A DNA stretch of 64,000 nt, taken from assembly GCF_003018255.1 (NCBI RefSeq), contig NZ_CP027440.1; one strand, written 5' to 3'. The DNA is from Escherichia coli (GTDB lineage Bacteria > Pseudomonadota > Gammaproteobacteria > Enterobacterales > Enterobacteriaceae). This document shows, piece by piece, positions 49,271-64,000 of the stretch. The notes beneath the pieces were generated by a model. The model saw nothing but the letters and a program-made list of their open reading frames with translations. It ran no database searches and had not been told where the DNA came from. The translations under genes and the position numbers were made by a program. How positions within the stretch are numbered: the stretch's first letter is position 1; each line of letters begins with the position of its first letter.

Positions 49271-50032
49271 ATGGAGCGAAAAATGGCGACTCACTTTGCC
49301 CGAGGGATTTTAACGGAAGGACATCTGATTTCTGTTCGTCTCCCCTCCCAGTGTCATCAAGAAGCCCGAAACATTCCCCCTCATCGTCAAAGCCGTTTTC
49401 TGGCGTCCAGAGGTTTACTCGCAGAACTGATGTTCATGCTGTATGGCATTGGCGAATTGCCGGAAATCGTCACCCTGCCGAAAGGAAAACCGGTTTTCAG
49501 CGATAAAAATTTGCCTTCGTTTTCTATTTCCTATGCCGGGAATATGGTCGGCGTGGCGTTAACAACCGAAGGTGAATGTGGCCTCGATATGGAACTACAG
49601 CGTGCGACACGCGGGTTTCATAGCCCACACGCGCCCGATAACCACACCTTTTCCAGCAATGAATCGCTATGGATCAGTAAACAAAACGATCCTAACGAAG
49701 CGCGGGCGCAGCTCATCACGCTGCGCCGAAGCGTGCTAAAACTAACCGGTGATGTTTTGAATGACGATCCGCGCGATCTGCAACTACTGCCCATTGCCGG
49801 ACGCCTGAAATGTGCTCATGTAAATCATGTAGAAGCGTTATGCGACGCGGAGGACGTGCTGGTGTGGTCCGTGGCGGTCACGCCCACGATTGAAAAGCTC
49901 AGTGTCTGGGAGTTAGATGGCAAACACGGCTGGAAAAGCCTGCCCGATATTCACAGCCGCGCCAACAATCCTACCAGCCGGATGATGCGTTTTGCCCAGC
50001 TCTCTACCGTGAAGGCTTTTTCGCCAAATTGA
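49271..50032 (+). CDS. yieE: Putative phosphopantetheinyl transferase YieE
   Basis: ORF 49271..50032, 253 aa; start could alternatively be the ATG at 49283. Confidence 0.75.
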   Translation: MERKMATHFARGILTEGHLISVRLPSQCHQEARNIPPHRQSRFLASRGLLAELMFMLYGIGELPEIVTLPKGKPVFSDKNLPSFSISYAGNMVGVALTTEGECGLDMELQRATRGFHSPHAPDNHTFSSNESLWISKQNDPNEARAQLITLRRSVLKLTGDVLNDDPRDLQLLPIAGRLKCAHVNHVEALCDAEDVLVWSVAVTPTIEKLSVWELDGKHGWKSLPDIHSRANNPTSRMMRFAQLSTVKAFSPN

Positions 50033-50053
50033 TAGACAACCACAGGAGTCATC

Positions 50054-50620
50054 ATGTCTGAAAAATTGCAGGTGGTTACGTTACTGGGGAGCCTGCGCAA
50101 AGGCTCATTTAATGGCATGGTTGCACGTACCCTGCCGAAAATTGCTCCGGCGAGCATGGAAATCAATGCGTTACCTTCCATTGCCGACATTCCCCTGTAT
50201 GACGCTGACGTACAGCAGGAAGACGGTTTTCCAGCAACAGTTGAAGCTCTGGCGGAACAGATCCGTCAGGCTGACGGTGTGGTAATCGTCACGCCGGAAT
50301 ATAACTACTCGGTACCGGGTGGGCTGAAAAATGCCATCGACTGGCTTTCCCGCCTGCCGGATCAACCGCTGGCAGGTAAACCGGTATTGATTCAGACCAG
50401 CTCAATGGGCGTGATTGGCGGCGCGCGCTGTCAGTATCACCTGCGCCAGATTCTGGTTTTCCTCGATGCAATGGTGATGAACAAGCCAGAATTTATGGGC
50501 GGCGTGATTCAGAACAAAGTTGATCCGCAAACCGGGGAAGTGATTGATCAGAGTACGCTGGACCACCTGACCGGGCAATTGACCGCATTTGGTGAGTTTA
50601 TTCAGCGAGTTAAGATCTAA
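50054..50620 (+). CDS. chrR: NAD(P)H-dependent FMN reductase / chromate reductase ChrR (YieF), 188 aa
   Basis: ORF 50054..50620; AGGAG Shine-Dalgarno; flavodoxin-like fold sequence. Confidence 0.9.
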   Translation: MSEKLQVVTLLGSLRKGSFNGMVARTLPKIAPASMEINALPSIADIPLYDADVQQEDGFPATVEALAEQIRQADGVVIVTPEYNYSVPGGLKNAIDWLSRLPDQPLAGKPVLIQTSSMGVIGGARCQYHLRQILVFLDAMVMNKPEFMGGVIQNKVDPQTGEVIDQSTLDHLTGQLTAFGEFIQRVKI

Positions 50621-50623
50621 ATA

Positions 50624-50658
50624 AAAAACCCGCCAGCAATCATGCATGGCGGGTTTTT
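50624..50658. terminator. Bidirectional intrinsic terminator between chrR and adeP (AAAAACCCGCC...GGCGGGTTTTT)
   Basis: GC stem flanked by an A-run and a T-run. Confidence 0.8.
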
Positions 50659-50673
50659 AACGCGCTATCGATT

Positions 50674-52011
50674 TTAGTGAGCGTCGATAAAGACAATCTT
50701 CAGGATAAACAGCAGCGCAACGATGATTACGCACGGGCTAAGGTCACGCAGACGTCCGGTACCAATCTTCATCACGCAGTAGGAGATAAAGCCCAGCGCG
50801 ATACCTTCAGTAATCGAGAAGCTGAACGGCATCATCACAGCGGTAATAAACGCCGGAACAGATTCAGTAAGATCCTGCCAGTTCACGCGAGCAAGACTTG
50901 AGGTCATCAACACGCCAACGTAAATCAGCGCACCAGCTGCAGCGTAGCCTGGCACCATCCCCGCCAGCGGCGACAGGAAGATAACCAGCAGGAACAGCAG
51001 ACCAACAACCACTGCCGTCAGACCGGTACGACCGCCAACGGAAACGCCGGAAGAAGATTCAATATACGCCGTAACAGAAGAAGTACCGATAAACGAACCG
51101 GTCACCGAAGAGATACTGTCGACATACAGCGCCTGCTTCATGCGCGGGAATTTACCTTTCTCATCAGCCAGACCTGCTTTATCGGTCACGCCAATCAGCG
51201 TACCGGAGGAGTCAAACAAGTTGACCAGCATGAAAGAGAAAATCACCCCTGCCAGCCCAAGGTTAAACGACCCGGCTAAATCTACATGACCCACGACACT
51301 CATTACGCTCGGCGGCGCAGAAACGATGCCATTATAGTGGACATCACCCAGCATCCAGCCCAGCAGCGTTGTCACCACGATGGAAACCAGCACCGCCGCG
51401 TGAATATTGCGCGAGGCCAGAATGGCGATGATGAAGAAGCCGAGGATCCCCAGCAGCACGCTGTGAGAAGTCAGATTACCGATGCTCACCAGCGTTTCCG
51501 GGTTAGCGACAATCACACCTGCATTCTTCAGTCCCATCATGCCAATAAACAGGCCGATACCGCTGGTAATGCCCACACGCAGACTCACCGGAATGTTGGC
51601 TATCATCCAGTAGCGAACGCGGAAAATCGTCAGTAACAGCAGACCAATCGCGCCCCAGAAGATTGCGCCCATCCCGACCTGCCACGGCAAGCCCATCGCC
51701 TGCACAACCACAAAAGCGAAGAACGCATTCAGGCCCATAGCGGGTGCCAGTGCAACTGGCAGGTTAGCAAACAGTCCCATCATAATACTGCCGAATGCAG
51801 CAATCAGACAGGTAGTAACGAAGACGGCGCTGGTATCCATGCCAGCAACGCCAAGAATTTGCGGGTTAACAAAAACGATGTAAACCATCGTCAGGAAGGT
51901 GGTAAAACCGGCGATCACTTCGGTCCGTGCCGTCGTGCCATGTTCGCGCAGTTTAAACACGCGTTCCAGCATCCCCTGGCCAGAAGCCTGGGTTGTGTGT
52001 TGTTGACTCAT
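50674..52011 (-). CDS. adeP: Adenine permease AdeP (YieG, NCS2 family), 445 aa
   Basis: ORF 50674..52011; paralogous to adeQ in this window. Confidence 0.9.
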   Translation of the reverse strand: MSQQHTTQASGQGMLERVFKLREHGTTARTEVIAGFTTFLTMVYIVFVNPQILGVAGMDTSAVFVTTCLIAAFGSIMMGLFANLPVALAPAMGLNAFFAFVVVQAMGLPWQVGMGAIFWGAIGLLLLTIFRVRYWMIANIPVSLRVGITSGIGLFIGMMGLKNAGVIVANPETLVSIGNLTSHSVLLGILGFFIIAILASRNIHAAVLVSIVVTTLLGWMLGDVHYNGIVSAPPSVMSVVGHVDLAGSFNLGLAGVIFSFMLVNLFDSSGTLIGVTDKAGLADEKGKFPRMKQALYVDSISSVTGSFIGTSSVTAYIESSSGVSVGGRTGLTAVVVGLLFLLVIFLSPLAGMVPGYAAAGALIYVGVLMTSSLARVNWQDLTESVPAFITAVMMPFSFSITEGIALGFISYCVMKIGTGRLRDLSPCVIIVALLFILKIVFIDAH

Positions 52012-52177
52012 TATCTATTTCCGAACAAGGAGGGAAAATCCGTCGCTATCGTATACCAAAATGAGACAATATGGACGGCTGAAGATAACTTTTTTTCATT
52101 GTATTTGCTTATACGGCAACGATTGCGTCATGCGAATTGGCATGACGAAAACGTTAAACTAACGATAAAGGAAAGAC

Positions 52178-52843
52178 ATGTCCCAGATAGAAGCGGTATT
52201 TTTCGACTGCGACGGTACGCTGGTCGATAGCGAGGTCATTTGCTCTCGCGCCTATGTCACGATGTTCAGGGAATTTGGCATTCACGTTGACCTGGAAGAG
52301 ATTTTTACCCGTTTTAAAGGCGTAAAACTCTACGAAATCATCGACATCATCAGTAAAGAACAGGGCGTGACGATGGTCCAGGCCGATGCCGAGCACGTTT
52401 ACCGCGCAGAAGTAGCACGTCTGTTTGATACCGAACTTGAGGACATCGCTGGAGCGAACGAATTGCTGGCAAGCATTAACGTGCCGATGTGCGTCGTCTC
52501 TAACGGTCCGGTCAGCAAAATGCAACATTCGCTTGGTAAGCTCAACATGCTGCACTACTTCCCGGAAAAACTGTTCAGCGGCTATGATATCCAGCGTTGG
52601 AAGCCCGATCCGGCATTAATGTTCCATGCGGCAAAAGCGATGAATGTGAACGTTGAAAACTGCATTCTGGTCGATGACTCCAGCGCAGGTGCGCAATCAG
52701 GGATAGATGCCGGAATGGAAGTGTTTTACTTCTGCGCTGACCCGCACAATAAACAGATCGTTCACCCGAAAGTCACCACCTTTACCCATCTTTCGCAATT
52801 ACCGGAACTGTGGAAGGCGCGTGGTTGGGATATTACGGCATAG
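52178..52843 (+). CDS. yieH: HAD-superfamily phosphatase YieH, 221 aa
   Basis: ORF 52178..52843; begins MSQIEAVFFDCDGTLVDSE (HAD motif I). Confidence 0.9.
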   Translation: MSQIEAVFFDCDGTLVDSEVICSRAYVTMFREFGIHVDLEEIFTRFKGVKLYEIIDIISKEQGVTMVQADAEHVYRAEVARLFDTELEDIAGANELLASINVPMCVVSNGPVSKMQHSLGKLNMLHYFPEKLFSGYDIQRWKPDPALMFHAAKAMNVNVENCILVDDSSAGAQSGIDAGMEVFYFCADPHNKQIVHPKVTTFTHLSQLPELWKARGWDITA

Positions 52844-52909
52844 TTATTCACACTCCCTTCACTTACTCCACTTAAATTGGCACGCAAAGGTAAGTAAAGG
52901 GAGTTTGAT

Positions 52910-53383
52910 ATGTCTGTTTCACGTCGGGTAATTCATCACGGACTGTATTTTGCGGTTTTAGGGCCGTTAATTGGTGTTCTGTTTCTTGTCCTCTACATAT
53001 TCTTCGCAAAAGAACCGCTGATTCTTTTGGTAATAATACAGGTACTTCCATTGTTTCTCTTAATGTCGATAACTACGGGAGCTATTCCTGCAATGTTAAC
53101 TGGCGTAATGGTCGCCTGTCTGCCGGAAAAGATCGGGTCACAGAAACGTTATCGTTGTCTGGTTGGCGGCATAGGTGGAGTCGTTATCACCGAGATCTAT
53201 TGCGCTGTTATCGTACATATTAAGGACATGGCTTCCTCAGCGTTATTTGAAAACATTCTTTCTGGTGAAAATCTCGTTGTCCGCATCATCCCAGCATTGC
53301 TGGCAGGCGTGGTGATGAGCAGAATCATTACACATCTACCCGGATTGGATATTTCATGTCCTGAAACAGACTCTTTAAGCTAA
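52910..53383 (+). CDS. cbrB: Inner membrane protein CbrB (YieI), 157 aa
   Basis: ORF 52910..53383; hydrophobic. Confidence 0.8.
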   Translation: MSVSRRVIHHGLYFAVLGPLIGVLFLVLYIFFAKEPLILLVIIQVLPLFLLMSITTGAIPAMLTGVMVACLPEKIGSQKRYRCLVGGIGGVVITEIYCAVIVHIKDMASSALFENILSGENLVVRIIPALLAGVVMSRIITHLPGLDISCPETDSLS

Positions 53384-53417
53384 GCGGAATGTTTTATCTA
53401 TTTGTCATTAAATGTTG

Positions 53418-53458
<41 letters not shown>

Positions 53459-53464
53459 TTAAGC

Positions 53465-60505
<7,041 letters not shown>

Positions 60506-60506
60506 T

Positions 60507-61447
<941 letters not shown>

Positions 61448-61449
61448 AG

Positions 61450-61600
61450 TCATTAATTAATGGTTTTTATAACGAACATCCAGGTTCGAAAATTAATTTA
61501 GTTGCGTGCAGAGAAAATAGCAATGCTCTATTTATAAAAGTATGATCATGCTCGCAGTTATTAATTTTGTGTAATTTTAGGATTTTATAAAGTTATATAT
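61450..61600. promoter_or_regulatory. AT-rich bgl promoter / upstream silencer region
   Basis: Roughly three-quarters A+T with many A/T tracts immediately upstream of the bgl leader; H-NS silencing is from established knowledge of the bgl operon. Confidence 0.6.
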
Positions 61601-61603
61601 AAC

Positions 61604-61632
61604 AAATCCCAATAATTAAATTATTGGGATTT
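61604..61632 (-). terminator. phoU terminator hairpin (AAATCCCAATAATT-A-AATTATTGGGATTT)
   Basis: Perfect 14-bp inverted repeat 10 bp past the phoU stop. Confidence 0.75.
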
Positions 61633-61642
61633 ACTTGGTGAA

Positions 61643-62368
61643 TTATTTATCGCTATCTTTTTCTGCCAGCAGTTTATCGAGCTCGTCACCACCGACGTGA
61701 CGGAAATCCTGCCCCTTCACGTAGTAGAAGATAAACTCACAAATATTCTGGCAGCGGTCGCCGATACGTTCGATTGAACGCGCACAAAACAGCGCGGTAA
61801 GTACGCTTGGAATGGTGCGCGAATCTTCCATCATGTAGGTCATCAGCTGACGAACAATACCTTCGTACTCCTGATCGACTTTTTTATCTTCACGATAAAT
61901 ACGTACCGCTTCATCAATGTCCATCCGCGCGAACGCGTCCAGCACGTCGTGCAGCATCTGGATGGTATGACGGCCCAGCGACTCCAGACTTACCAGCAAT
62001 AGCTGATGCTGCTGGGAGAATTTCTCCAGTGCAGTACGGCAGATTTTGTCCGCCACGTCGCCAATACGCTCCAGCTCGGCAATGGTTTTACTGATCACCA
62101 TAACCAGACGCAGGTCGCTCGCCGTCGGCTGGCGTTTGGCAATAATGCGCACGCAGGCTTCATCGATCGCCACTTCCATCATGTTGACGTTCTTGTCGCC
62201 TTCGATGACGCGCTTCGCCAGATCGCTGTCCTGGTTGTGCATTGCAGTGATCGCATCAGAAAGCTGCTGCTCCACCATGCCGCCCATGGTCATCACCTGC
62301 GTGCGGATGCTTTCCAGTTCGGCGTTGAACTGGCCGGAAATATGTTTATTAAGATTGAGACTGTCCAT
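61643..62368 (-). CDS. phoU: Phosphate signalling complex protein PhoU, 241 aa
   Basis: ORF 61643..62386; start at [19 protein letters not shown]... Confidence 0.95.
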   Translation of the reverse strand: MDSLNLNKHISGQFNAELESIRTQVMTMGGMVEQQLSDAITAMHNQDSDLAKRVIEGDKNVNMMEVAIDEACVRIIAKRQPTASDLRLVMVISKTIAELERIGDVADKICRTALEKFSQQHQLLLVSLESLGRHTIQMLHDVLDAFARMDIDEAVRIYREDKKVDQEYEGIVRQLMTYMMEDSRTIPSVLTALFCARSIERIGDRCQNICEFIFYYVKGQDFRHVGGDELDKLLAEKDSDK

Positions 62369-62382
62369 AACGCACTCCTGAA

Positions 62383-63195
<813 letters not shown>

Positions 63196-63246
63196 TCAGG
63201 CTTACCGTAGGCCGGATAAGGCGTTTACGCCGCATCCAGCAAAGTG

Positions 63247-64000
<754 letters not shown>

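Overview
This window reads as a well-characterised Escherichia coli-type core chromosome segment, densely packed with recognisable genes and no sign of a novel or mobile system. Gene order is nepI(partial)-yicN-adeQ-ade-uhpTCBA-ilvNB-ivbL-istR/tisB-emrD-yidFGH-yidJK-yidL-yidE-ibpBA-yidQ-yidR-cbrA-dgoTDAKR-yidX-yidA-yidB-gyrB-recF-dnaN-dnaA-rpmH-rnpA-yidD-yidC-mnmE-tnaCAB-mdtL-yidZ-yieE-chrR-adeP-yieH-cbrB-yieK-yieL-bglH-bglB-bglF-bglG-phoU-pstB-pstA(partial). Calls rest on reading the supplied ORF translations and the raw sequence against remembered protein sequences and gene order; no database search was run. I found no tRNA, rRNA, CRISPR array, IS element or prophage, and oriC is not in the window. 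The most interesting observations are: (1) bglF carries an in-frame TAG codon in the linker between its EIIBC and EIIA domains, splitting it into two ORFs; (2) three tight junctions where, by my recollection of K-12 gene order, yidI, glvGBC-yidP and cbrC (yieJ) would be expected but are absent; (3) an intact SOS-controlled tisB/istR-1 type I toxin-antitoxin locus with a canonical LexA box. Smaller regulatory elements (ivbL and tnaC leader peptides, bgl RAT/terminator pairs, DgoR operator repeats, ibpA sigma32 promoter, dnaA promoter GATC cluster, REP elements) are also readable directly.
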